Virus record (IMG/VR): IMGVR_UViG_3300045284_000385
Location: 1,908 to 65,907 of that record
Reading direction: 5' to 3' (one strand)
DNA length: 64,000 nt
Source of the DNA: a virus
Lineage: Duplodnaviria > Caudoviricetes
Positions 48,001 through 56,590 of this stretch are shown one piece after another. The position numbers were made by a program, and so were the translations under genes. Below the pieces are notes generated by a model, which was not told the origin of the DNA, did not search any database, and was given only the letters and a program-made list of their open reading frames with translations. How positions within the stretch are numbered: the first letter of the stretch is position 1; each line of letters begins with the position of its first letter.

Positions 48001-48891
48001 CTCCCTCAGCAGACCACCATGATCCAGAACTTCCTGACTACGGGAGTTGTTACTGCCGAGATGGCGGCAAAGATCAAGTTGGCCGGAGGGAACCTGGCAG
48101 ACTTCCAGAAATTCGCAGATGTGAAAAAGGTCAAGGATGGTTTCCAAGGGCTCATCGATACCTTTACGCAGACAGGACAGATTTCAGGCGATCTCGTAAA
48201 GACGATTCAGCAATATGGCGGTCCACAGACCATGGCTCAACTGCAGAATTTGCAGAAACTTATGCAGCAGAGCGGCTTTAATATGAAAGACCTATCCGAT
48301 ACCAGCACGGCTGCTGGAAAGGCCTTGAAAGACCTCTTCGATGCGACCAGCACTGGCATTAACAAGGCATTTACCGATTCAGCCACGAAGCTGTCCGATA
48401 CCCTGGACAAGATGGATCAGAACCTCGGCGCCGCCATTGGGAAGCTTCAGACGGCCATGGTCACGATGATCAACGATCTCATCAATGTGATTCTGAAAAT
48501 CCCTGGAGCGGCGGAGCAGGCTACGAAGGATGCCAACGCATTCCTCGCCGGCCTGCATGCGGTGAACATCCCTATTCATTATGTGCCGGACTATAGAACG
48601 GAACCGGGAGATTTGCCAGGCGGATCTTATCAAACGCCTCCAGCTCGAATGGCAAGGGGCGGGATTGTCACCGGTCCCACCGTGGCATTGATCGGAGAGG
48701 CCGGGCCCGAGGCGGTTGTGCCACTCAAGAAGGGGGGGATGATGGGAACGATGGTCATCAATATCCATGCTCCGAACGTCGTAGATACGGCTGGACTTTC
48801 TAAGCTGGTCGTCAAGGCAGTTGATGAAATAAGAAGAAGTGGGACAAATCAGAAACGACTTCGCCAGGCTCTTGGGTTGCAAGGGGTTTAA
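45082..48891 (+). CDS. Tape measure protein
   Basis: 1269 aa helical A/G-rich, hydrophobic segments, C-terminal MARGGIVTGPT.ALIGEAGPEAVVPL. Confidence 0.93.
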   Translation: MDTILNFSIKADTQQGQAALAKFTDALKTTGAAAESSAQQGHAAYEKFTGGVSQLGDVVVENSKKIAAGMAIAGTAIEAFMGLAVKAFSQAEEASLLFENALKATGGVAGVTTGQINALAAELQRTTKFQDDAVVSAGALLLRFKNIGSDIFPQVIKTAANLAVVMGTDLQEATFKLGRALDMPAEGFTLLQRAGIRFTDAEKDLIKNMAEAGDVAGAQGVILQRLAVMNDAATDQAKGFAGQLSQLANEFNNVQEVIGGVIAGALAPLVLKLKEAMITAQDWAKENPNLTSGVVLMTGAVGGLLLGLAPIVAILPNLVNGFTVLGAAFGLTAGGGLAVLIAGVAAAFALLWVKMDDIKTQFAVTTEGIKNLISALKNSSDAIPSWAKGFLDAFAALKPYLDALRLLGAFVKSSNDEINDAVFIGTKMQSVMKESAAITDKWSRSLADEAMAVGKVTAAHVKTTAELKAEDAAAKLFAKTQEEMNKLLIDSFNLQEKVGVSAFDTAEDYKDFAKASEDLAMKQINLGEETKRTADAQTFIAAILSGDVKRGVEVVSDKIAGPAGLTDAWKTLGTISVDEARRMKDGADLAFKAVALDAASTAQDIVNAFEVRNQKIAAIDAQLGVQAKAASKEVSNAWLTQVSTIFTDMSRGMAKSIVEWKGFGQTLIDVAKTFAEGMLRILFENLFKPFQNALSGLFGGASTAGGSATGGGGLFAGLLGSGGGLGSLIGLNAVGKFNTGSFSSASGALGAGGGALGGGLGGALFGLSGTGTGISSGIGAGGGLLAGLLGAGSFAGPIGLAVGLAAAGITALITKVFGEKGREKTAASQQANAFADTTWNQIIPGVTGGTMTSAEGMKELIAAHEAYNAWLKTNTNNQDVFNRSVANGNVTFESAAAQLKDLGEKAAVAADAQHFGALADDFIKTGKMSDEFASAITKAGGSFQMFTEAAGKIQGLQGVRTEFQSLNDEIKKLLPQQTTMIQNFLTTGVVTAEMAAKIKLAGGNLADFQKFADVKKVKDGFQGLIDTFTQTGQISGDLVKTIQQYGGPQTMAQLQNLQKLMQQSGFNMKDLSDTSTAAGKALKDLFDATSTGINKAFTDSATKLSDTLDKMDQNLGAAIGKLQTAMVTMINDLINVILKIPGAAEQATKDANAFLAGLHAVNIPIHYVPDYRTEPGDLPGGSYQTPPARMARGGIVTGPTVALIGEAGPEAVVPLKKGGMMGTMVINIHAPNVVDTAGLSKLVVKAVDEIRRSGTNQKRLRQALGLQGV

Positions 48892-48894
48892 CTC

Positions 48895-49668
48895 ATGGTC
48901 GCGAATCTCACCTATCTCAGACATGATCAGAACAACCTGAGCGGATCTGCCATTACGGCTAGCTCTTCGAACAGCTCTTACCCGCTGTCGAATCTTAACT
49001 CGCTACCCATCAGCAAGCCATTCCGTTTCACCGGGGCGACCTCCGAGAATCTGCAAATCGATCTAGGGTCGGCGAAAACAATCAGTCTTGTCGCCCTTGT
49101 AAACCATAACCTGACAAGCGCTGCGACCATCACGATCAACGCCGGTGCTTCGGCCAATCCGGATGGATCCACTTTCACGACGACTATTCCGTGGAAACTT
49201 TACGATGCCTGGAAAGTTCTCAATCCAGCGCAGACCTATCGCTATTGGAAAATTATCATCGCGGATAGCTCTAACCCAAATGCCTTCATCCAGCTTGGCT
49301 ACGGTCTGATGGGTACTGCCATTGTCTTGAGCGCAAACTTTTCTAATCAATGGCAGTTTTCGGAGCAGTATGAAAACCTTGAGGTGCAAAGCGAGTATGG
49401 GACCCCTCACGTGGTGAAGCTCTTCAAGCGAATCCAGTTAGATCTGCCCTTTCAAAATATACAGGAAGCCGATGGGGCTGTTCTTCGAGCTCTGATTACT
49501 GCACTCAATCGGAATGTGACTCCCCTGTTTCTTATCCCGGACTCATCGCGTACAGATGCGATCTTCTGCCGGTTGGAATCGAATCTGGATCGCACAATTG
49601 ATGTGAATTATCTTCAGACCACCACATTGAGTTTTGTTGAGGAAGGAAGAGGCAAGCTACTGAACTAA
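48895..49668 (+). CDS. Distal tail protein-like with galactose-binding-like insert
   Basis: Directly after tape measure; LQIDLGS, YRYWKI. Confidence 0.65.
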   Translation: MVANLTYLRHDQNNLSGSAITASSSNSSYPLSNLNSLPISKPFRFTGATSENLQIDLGSAKTISLVALVNHNLTSAATITINAGASANPDGSTFTTTIPWKLYDAWKVLNPAQTYRYWKIIIADSSNPNAFIQLGYGLMGTAIVLSANFSNQWQFSEQYENLEVQSEYGTPHVVKLFKRIQLDLPFQNIQEADGAVLRALITALNRNVTPLFLIPDSSRTDAIFCRLESNLDRTIDVNYLQTTTLSFVEEGRGKLLN

Positions 49669-49731
49669 ACAATCTTGGACCCTCCGATGCCCGGCCAGGC
49701 TAGGAGCTACGGTCCACCCCCAAGAAGTACT

Positions 49732-49778
49732 AAAGGCTTGGTTCTCGTATACGAGCGAGGATCAGGCCTTTTTTATTT
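49732..49778 (+). terminator. Intrinsic terminator within the tail operon
   Basis: 16-bp stem with G-U pairs, 49732-47/49756-71, followed by a T-run. Confidence 0.75.
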
Positions 49779-49810
49779 GGGGGCAAGAAAACAACGAGGG
49801 CTCGATCGTC

Positions 49811-50269
49811 ATGATTCTCACAATCTTTTATCTCATCAAGTTGTTTTGGGTCTGCTCGGCTTTTGTTCTTGGCTCGCTTCTGCTTGAGGACCATGGGGAA
49901 CAACTAATCCTAGAGCGGTCGCTCAATGCCAACGCCACGCCGGCGCTAACTCTCCGGTTGTTTACCAATAACATCACCCCGGCCGAGGGAGATACATTCG
50001 CGACCTACACCGAGGCCTCTGGCAATGGATATGCGAGCAAGACGCTCAGCGGTGGGTCATGGACCGTCACGACAACTTCGGGGACTACTGAGGCAGCGTA
50101 CGCTCAGCAGACATTTACTTTCACGGGAGCCCTTGGGAACGTCTACGGTTACTTCGTGGTGGATTCCACGACAAAGCTGTTCTGGAGTGAGAGGTTCTCC
50201 GACGGGCCGTACAATATCACGGCGAACGGCGACGCAATAAAAATTACCCCCAAGATCCAGGCAGCTTAA
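49811..50269 (+). CDS. Fibre/structural subunit (module 2)
   Basis: LRLFTNN.TP, YTEA..GYA...L...W, YAQQTFTF, VYGYFV, GDAIKITP. Confidence 0.7.
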   Translation: MILTIFYLIKLFWVCSAFVLGSLLLEDHGEQLILERSLNANATPALTLRLFTNNITPAEGDTFATYTEASGNGYASKTLSGGSWTVTTTSGTTEAAYAQQTFTFTGALGNVYGYFVVDSTTKLFWSERFSDGPYNITANGDAIKITPKIQAA

Positions 50270-50282
50270 AAAGGAGCAAGCC

Positions 50283-50606
50283 ATGATTATGAATCTCAAG
50301 ACAGGACGTCTGGTCAAGCTGCCAGACGGAAAGCGGGGCGTTATCGATTTCATAAGCGGGGTATCGCCCATTCCGACTGGAAGGGATGGTGTCCCAATCG
50401 AACGTTTGAAGTCCATCCCCTTCGGAGTCGTGGTCTGTCATGAGCTTGATGAGAACGGCGAGACAGTCATGGTTCCGAATTATAAAACCATGAAGTTTGA
50501 CACGAAGGAAGTGCTCATCGCGGTCGGTGTGCTCGAGGAGCTTTCAGAGGAAGAGAAGGCAGAGGTTCATGCCTCGCGAATCCGACCTCCCGCTGAGGAA
50601 GCATAA
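50283..50606 (+). CDS. Hypothetical protein
   Basis: AAGGAG RBS. Confidence 0.65.
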   Translation: MIMNLKTGRLVKLPDGKRGVIDFISGVSPIPTGRDGVPIERLKSIPFGVVVCHELDENGETVMVPNYKTMKFDTKEVLIAVGVLEELSEEEKAEVHASRIRPPAEEA

Positions 50607-50800
50607 TGGAAGTCATTGATGGATTAACAAAGCAGCTCCGCGAGTTGAAAGCGGGAGAGACGGTTCAATACCGCGATGGGACCGTACTGAAAATGCTTCC
50701 GAATGGTTCGCTAATGCACGCGAATCGGAGTCGACAAGAGAAGTTGAATAAGAAGCAGAGAGTCAAGCTTCGAAGACTCGCACAGACAGAGAGGTTATAA
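50606..50800 (+). CDS. Small basic hypothetical protein
   Basis: TAATG-coupled. Confidence 0.6.
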   Translation: MEVIDGLTKQLRELKAGETVQYRDGTVLKMLPNGSLMHANRSRQEKLNKKQRVKLRRLAQTERL

Positions 50801-50805
50801 CCATA

Positions 50806-52311
50806 ATGATCAAAAGACTCTTTCTAGTTTTCCTTTTGCTTCAATCACAGCTTGCGTTCTCAGCCACGTACTATGTCCGCAAGGATGGATCAGACGCAAA
50901 TTGCAATGGGTCCGCAAACGTAGCGGACTCTGTCGGAGTACGCCCGAATTGTGCTGAACTCACGATCGGGGCTGGAGTTGGCCATGCTGTCAATCCGGAT
51001 GACATTGTGCAGGTCTGGACTGGAACATGGGATGAGAGTGTCTCGAATTGGACTTCTGGAACAATTGGTCATCCGATCTGGATCAAAGGGCAAGGCCTGA
51101 CGACGATCTGGCATCATATCGGCCACTGCAATGGGTATACGAGCGCTCCGGTGAATATGTCCAATAAGAGCTATATCCGAATTTCAAATTTTAATTTCGA
51201 TGGAACAGATGGCGGAGCGACCTTCTACAGTTTGGCTAACGGGGGAGCAGTGAAGGGCCTCGAAATTCTGAACAATTTTTTCTCCCATAATGGGAATGAT
51301 GGCATAAACGAGGCCTGCACGCCCGCGCTAACCTTCAACTCGAAAGTCATCTACCTCAACAATGCGAATAGTCCAGCGAATACCAATGAAGGCCATATTA
51401 TTGACGGCAATGCTTTCGACACGAACAAGGGCTACAACATTCTCTTAAACGGAATTACGGCCAATCTTGCTCCCGACGGGACAACCGGAGCAGGGATCAT
51501 TATCCGGAACAATACCGCTAAGAATCTGTCGCCTAGTGCTCAGATCGTTTTATACTCCGGCCTCGAGTTCGTCCATGCAGGGAGTGGGAGTCATAATATT
51601 TGGGTCTATGGAAATGAAACAGGCCCATCGGCTAGCGGAGGAGGATTGAAATTTGATGCTACGGTTACTTATTCTCTAGTCGAGCTAAACAAGTTCCACG
51701 ATATGGGTTATGGGACAGGAAAAAACACAGTTGGAATTGAGTACGAGTCGGATTGCCATGACAATACGATTCAGTTCAATCAAGTTTATCGGATGGGTCT
51801 AGAAGGCATTCGCGCTGGGTCATACGGGACGACCAATGCTGCTCGCATGAAGGTAATCGGAAACACGATTTGGGATTGTCCTTGTGGGATTGTGGTTGCT
51901 AACTCTTCAGGCTCAATTTTTCAAGACAACATCATTTCACTTAACACCGGAATTGGCAACGCGATTTCGACGACGGATCATTCCGTGAATAATATCTTCC
52001 GGAACAACATTCAGTGGCGGAATGGGGCGGCCAACGTTGCCTACAAAAACTTCCCGGGGAGCAGTCTATGCACGACCACTCCCAATCTCACTCTGGCTCA
52101 ATGGTCTGCAGCAATGGGGGATACAGGCTCGATCTGGGCTGATCCTAAGTTTGTTTCGGTAGCCGCGGGATCTGTAAATTTGAACTTACAGGCCAGCAGT
52201 CCGGCGATCAGGGCAGGTTTTGCAGGTAACGATATGGGAGCTTTGCAATCCGGAACAGCTCCGGACACTACTCCTCCATCGGCACCGACCGGGTTGATCA
52301 AGATTAAGTAA
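50806..52311 (+). CDS. Secreted parallel beta-helix (pectin lyase-like) protein with C-terminal PSAPTGL tag
   Basis: Signal peptide ending AFS|ATYYV; Asn-rich coils; DPKFV...LQASSPAI.AG..DMGA; DTTPPSAPTGLIKIK stop. Confidence 0.82.
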   Translation: MIKRLFLVFLLLQSQLAFSATYYVRKDGSDANCNGSANVADSVGVRPNCAELTIGAGVGHAVNPDDIVQVWTGTWDESVSNWTSGTIGHPIWIKGQGLTTIWHHIGHCNGYTSAPVNMSNKSYIRISNFNFDGTDGGATFYSLANGGAVKGLEILNNFFSHNGNDGINEACTPALTFNSKVIYLNNANSPANTNEGHIIDGNAFDTNKGYNILLNGITANLAPDGTTGAGIIIRNNTAKNLSPSAQIVLYSGLEFVHAGSGSHNIWVYGNETGPSASGGGLKFDATVTYSLVELNKFHDMGYGTGKNTVGIEYESDCHDNTIQFNQVYRMGLEGIRAGSYGTTNAARMKVIGNTIWDCPCGIVVANSSGSIFQDNIISLNTGIGNAISTTDHSVNNIFRNNIQWRNGAANVAYKNFPGSSLCTTTPNLTLAQWSAAMGDTGSIWADPKFVSVAAGSVNLNLQASSPAIRAGFAGNDMGALQSGTAPDTTPPSAPTGLIKIK

Positions 52312-52318
52312 AAGGGAT

Positions 52319-55300
52319 ATGGAACACTCGACCAAAACATTTCAGGTTCCTTCAGGAGCCATAGGAACAACGGTGAGCGTTGCGCATGGCCTCTCGGTTG
52401 CGCCGAAATTCGCAATACTAAAATGGACGAACCGGACTGAAGGTACTGATACTGCAGGAAGATCCGATCAGTTGCGCGGCCTTGCGTTTTTGGCTTCTCC
52501 AACTAATAGGGCTGCGGCATGTACTCGATCAACGGATAACGTGTCCACCACGTCAACGGGCAAGAGGTATCACGAAGATGCCTGCGTGATGGCCTGCACC
52601 AACAATGGCGGTCTTGATGGCCTGATGGATCTGCAAAGTTGGGATGCAACCAACGCGGTGTTTGTCGTCGATGATCAGTTTTCTCAATCGGCGAACATTC
52701 GGGTGATCGTGGATTTCTTTACTGGAGACGATATCACGAACGTGACAATTGTCGATTTCCTTCATCCGACCAGCACGGGAAATCAAGACATCACAACCCC
52801 CGGATTCCAGGCGGATCAAGTTTTTATTATGAGTACGGGTGCAACGGCTGTCGCTCCTATTGGTACTGATGACTCATTGATATGTTTTGGCGCCGGACAT
52901 TCTTCGAGCAAGCGAGGAGTCTGGGTTGGAGATGCGAATGATGGCATTGTGCTAGGAAATACGGTGACGCGGAGCTATTGCAACGGATCCGAAATTGCGG
53001 CCATGTTCGACACCGGAGCGGTCAACATCATCGAAAGGGCCGATTACTCGGGAGGAATAACGAATGGCTTCCGCTTGAATTGGCTTGAAGTATCAGGCAC
53101 TCAAAAACATTGGATTGCGCTTGTCATCCAGGGGGGGAATTGGACCGTTGAATCGTTCAATACCAAAACGGATGGCACCGATATTGTGGTTACGGGTGGA
53201 TTCAATGCTCTTGGCGGATTCTTGGTCTCAGCATTTAAGGCTGTAGATGCCGCCGATACTCCAAGCATTCAGGATCGAATTTCGATGGGCTCTTTTGCGG
53301 GTTTGTCTGCTAGAGCTGCTCTTGCCACAAGTGACCGGCACGGGGCCACCACTGCGACGCATGGCACAACAGCGATTAGCTACACTGCGGTTGCTATACG
53401 ATTGGACGAGACGAGTGATGCCGTGCTGGCAGCGATGGATATTAAGTCAATGTCGGATGGCAGCAGTACAGGGGTCACGTTTGTAATGGATACTCCCGAA
53501 CCGACAGCGGCCTCTTTTGGATGGGTCGTTCTGTTCGGATCGAGTAGTAGCACTTTCGCCTATATCGGTGGAGGAGCCGCGGTAATGAGTGGCGCCGCTG
53601 CTACCCTGTACAGCCGGGCCGCTATGACGTTCACCTATATCCCCGTGTTTCCTGGAGAAATTACTCTCGGCTGGAATCCAAACCCCGAGCCAGATGTGGC
53701 TGGCTATATCGTCCGATGGGGAACTCAGTCAAGGATTTATACGAACAGTCAGAATGTTGGCCTTGTTAGCCAGGTCACGATCGGCGGTTTGACGAGGGGC
53801 GTGACGTATTATTTCGTTCTCGCAGCCTATGATACCTCTAACAATGTCGGACCCAATTCCGCAGAATTTTCAGCTCAACCCACTGTTGGGGCTCTGGAAA
53901 TTGGAGGCGCTGCTCTCACTCAGGTATTAAGCGGATTCAATTATTCCCCATCCGGTGGCGTGGCTGTGGCCGGCGCTGCTGATTATTCGCGTGATCTGTT
54001 TTTCAATATCTCTGGCGGAGCGGTTATGGGCGGGGGAGCTCAATGCAATCGGGAGTGGGCCCGTAACATGTCTGGCGGATTGAACGTTTTTGGGAATGCC
54101 TTCACTGGCTATCAAGCGTTTGGAGTTAGTACGTTTGTTTATGCAGGCAGCGGAAATGTCCTGATATCCGGGGATGCTCTCATCAATCATGTCTGGGACT
54201 ATGTTGGTGGAGGATCATTTTCCATTCTGGGATCGGCTTTAACAGCCTTTCCGAGAGGCGGTGAGGATGCGGTTATCGTATGCGTCGAAATCGACTTCGA
54301 CAACGGGACTCAATATTTCGGATTCGAGGGAATCTCAACTCCGTCTCAATGGTACCAAGACGAACTGGTAAGCATCGGACAAATCCGGCGTGAGGTCCCA
54401 CTGCTGCCCGGGGAATTTCAGGTTGCCGATGTGGAGCTTGTCTTCAACAATGTGGGGAATAAGTTCTCGATTCTGAAGGCGGCTCAGCCATTTCGAAATC
54501 GCACGGCCAGAATTAAATGCGGATTACTAAGCAATGGGTTCGCAGGCCTCTCGACTCTTTTCACCGGGAAAATTAGCAGTTGGACTTTCTCCGATTCTCT
54601 TTGCCATGTCGTTGTGCGGGATGTGAGCCTGGATAGATTCCGAGTCAATCTTTCTGGCCAGCTCGGCAAAACCGATTTCCCGAATCTCCCCGATGGCCAA
54701 ACGCTTTATCTCATCCCTAGAATTTACGGAACCGTCAGCTCAGCTATGGGGGCCCTGCCTGCCTATCGGACCAATCAGGTGAGCCCTTTTCGCTACGTGG
54801 TCGCCCGCCATGCCTGCAAGTCAGTCTTACAGGTCTACAATTATGGGACTCTGATGACCAGCGGCTATTCCATTGTGACCACTTCCATAAATGGCACGAC
54901 GATGACTTGCCTCGATTTCTTGACTGATCCACAAATTTCAAGTCGGACGAACGAATTTGAGATTACTGTGAACGTCTCTGGGAAAATAGATGCCAGCCTT
55001 AACCTGATCACTAATCCAGTGGCTCAGCTTCAGGACTATCTTTTGAATGAGGTTGGGGTCCCAAGTGGAGATATCGATTCGACCGTATTTAATGCGATGC
55101 AAATCGCCGCCGCGGATCAAGAACTATTTGGTGATTTTGCGATAACTGACAGTGGGCTCACGCATATGGATGTGGTCACCCGTTTCTCTGAATCCTTCGG
55201 GATGCCGTTCTATGTGTCTCGAGCTGGCCAATATCGGGTGTTCTTGTTCTCCGGGGCCGCGCTCGTCGACTTAGAATCTATCCCGCTACTCAGTGACAGT

Positions 55301-55918
55301 GATGATATCCTGCGCAATAGTTTCAAAATCGATTACAACGTTGATGTCGCCTCACGCCTTCAGTACAACTATGCCTATCAATATGTCCTGAATTACTTCG
55401 AACATCAGCCAGACCTAATCGATGCAAACGAGCTAGCCAATATTGGTTTTGACGTGCGTCTGAACACCGATCTGTGGCATGTCAGAGATTTAGGGACGGC
55501 TCTATCAACGGCCTCTGATCGCATGGCTTATTTGCGCGAGAACGTTCAACTGGCTTCGTTCGATTTGCCAATCTATCAATATGCGCTCGACCTCAATGAT
55601 TACTTCCGGCTCACTCATTATCAGGGCGTCTCATCGGACGGGCTTGGATATGCTGCCATCCTCTTCAGAATTTTAAGTCTCACGATTTCTTTGCAGCCGA
55701 AGTCGATGCAGGTATCTGTGATGGGGTACAAGTTTGGCGAAAACATTCCTTTCTGGAGGAGATATATCAAGCTAGGGGATGAATCGGCGATCTCTCCGCT
55801 TTGGACAACGGCAACATCGAGCGATAAGGATTATGGATACCTGGCAGATGAGTCCGATCCAACCGGGTCGCCTGAAGGAACACTCGGAACAAGCGATCCG
55901 GCGAAACTATTACTGTGA
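52319..55918 (+). CDS. Tail tip/hub protein with N-terminal beta domain, repeats and inserted FN3
   Basis: FN3 ITLGWNPN.EPDVAGY...YYFVLAAYD at ~53653-53880 within FxYxxSGGxxxxGxA repeats; C-half IPRIYG, NPVAQL hub motifs. Confidence 0.75.
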   Translation: MEHSTKTFQVPSGAIGTTVSVAHGLSVAPKFAILKWTNRTEGTDTAGRSDQLRGLAFLASPTNRAAACTRSTDNVSTTSTGKRYHEDACVMACTNNGGLDGLMDLQSWDATNAVFVVDDQFSQSANIRVIVDFFTGDDITNVTIVDFLHPTSTGNQDITTPGFQADQVFIMSTGATAVAPIGTDDSLICFGAGHSSSKRGVWVGDANDGIVLGNTVTRSYCNGSEIAAMFDTGAVNIIERADYSGGITNGFRLNWLEVSGTQKHWIALVIQGGNWTVESFNTKTDGTDIVVTGGFNALGGFLVSAFKAVDAADTPSIQDRISMGSFAGLSARAALATSDRHGATTATHGTTAISYTAVAIRLDETSDAVLAAMDIKSMSDGSSTGVTFVMDTPEPTAASFGWVVLFGSSSSTFAYIGGGAAVMSGAAATLYSRAAMTFTYIPVFPGEITLGWNPNPEPDVAGYIVRWGTQSRIYTNSQNVGLVSQVTIGGLTRGVTYYFVLAAYDTSNNVGPNSAEFSAQPTVGALEIGGAALTQVLSGFNYSPSGGVAVAGAADYSRDLFFNISGGAVMGGGAQCNREWARNMSGGLNVFGNAFTGYQAFGVSTFVYAGSGNVLISGDALINHVWDYVGGGSFSILGSALTAFPRGGEDAVIVCVEIDFDNGTQYFGFEGISTPSQWYQDELVSIGQIRREVPLLPGEFQVADVELVFNNVGNKFSILKAAQPFRNRTARIKCGLLSNGFAGLSTLFTGKISSWTFSDSLCHVVVRDVSLDRFRVNLSGQLGKTDFPNLPDGQTLYLIPRIYGTVSSAMGALPAYRTNQVSPFRYVVARHACKSVLQVYNYGTLMTSGYSIVTTSINGTTMTCLDFLTDPQISSRTNEFEITVNVSGKIDASLNLITNPVAQLQDYLLNEVGVPSGDIDSTVFNAMQIAAADQELFGDFAITDSGLTHMDVVTRFSESFGMPFYVSRAGQYRVFLFSGAALVDLESIPLLSDSDDILRNSFKIDYNVDVASRLQYNYAYQYVLNYFEHQPDLIDANELANIGFDVRLNTDLWHVRDLGTALSTASDRMAYLRENVQLASFDLPIYQYALDLNDYFRLTHYQGVSSDGLGYAAILFRILSLTISLQPKSMQVSVMGYKFGENIPFWRRYIKLGDESAISPLWTTATSSDKDYGYLADESDPTGSPEGTLGTSDPAKLLL

Positions 55919-55924
55919 AACATC

Positions 55925-56203
55925 ATGGCCTATAGTTGGGTAGAAGTCGCTGACAAATTAAAGAATTACGTTTTCGGTTCGGCCTCGCACAACAAGCTGA
56001 ACAACAATGATCACTATCTGAAACAGCAGCTCGAGATAGTCGTCGACCCAGGGGCAACATCCGCCAAGGATGGTTCGATTCCAGAGACCGCTCTGGCTGT
56101 GGACAATGTTCCGCAGAATCAAAAAATATTGATGGTTAGAGCTGGCGGCCTGCACTGGGATGCTCCACACAAGAATCGAGCTTACTGGATTGGAAGGAGA
56201 TAG
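55925..56203 (+). CDS. Small tail protein
   Basis: HNKLNNNDHYLK fibre-attachment-like helix. Confidence 0.55.
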   Translation: MAYSWVEVADKLKNYVFGSASHNKLNNNDHYLKQQLEIVVDPGATSAKDGSIPETALAVDNVPQNQKILMVRAGGLHWDAPHKNRAYWIGRR

Positions 56204-56210
56204 GTAGAAA

Positions 56211-56585
56211 ATGTCTCAAGGGGATATCGTCACAGTTGACATTATAGACCAGCTTCTGCCAGCCACTCCTATTGTTATTTATACGGTTCCGATCTCCGGC
56301 GGTGGAAACGTTGCGAAGAAAACCGTCTTCATTGAAATCGATCTCTGCAACACGGATAACATAAGCGACGACAACTTGCAGCTTTATTTTGTTCCGGCTG
56401 CGGGGTCACCTGGTCCTACAAACCAGCGGCTTAATTTGATTTCTGGCATCAATTCTCTGCAGCGCGGCGAGTCAAGACAGTATGTTTGGAATAGGGCACT
56501 ATCGGCCGGAATGACGATTTGGGCGGCTGCTTCGAGCGCGAACAAGGTCAGCCTTGGGGGAATGGTCGTAGAGGAAGAGGTCTAA
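56211..56585 (+). CDS. Small tail fibre-associated protein
   Basis: IYTVP, IDLCNTD, LYFVPAAGSPG. Confidence 0.65.
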   Translation: MSQGDIVTVDIIDQLLPATPIVIYTVPISGGGNVAKKTVFIEIDLCNTDNISDDNLQLYFVPAAGSPGPTNQRLNLISGINSLQRGESRQYVWNRALSAGMTIWAAASSANKVSLGGMVVEEEV

Positions 56586-56590
56586 AAAAA

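Noticed and set aside
47446-48147. 233-aa antisense ORF and the many other opposite-strand ORFs in the track
   Set aside because: They lie within well-supported genes and have no motifs or RBS
19848-49753. Same CGTATACG palindrome core at 19848 and 49746
   Set aside because: One extra copy of an 8-mer in 64 kb is about the chance expectation
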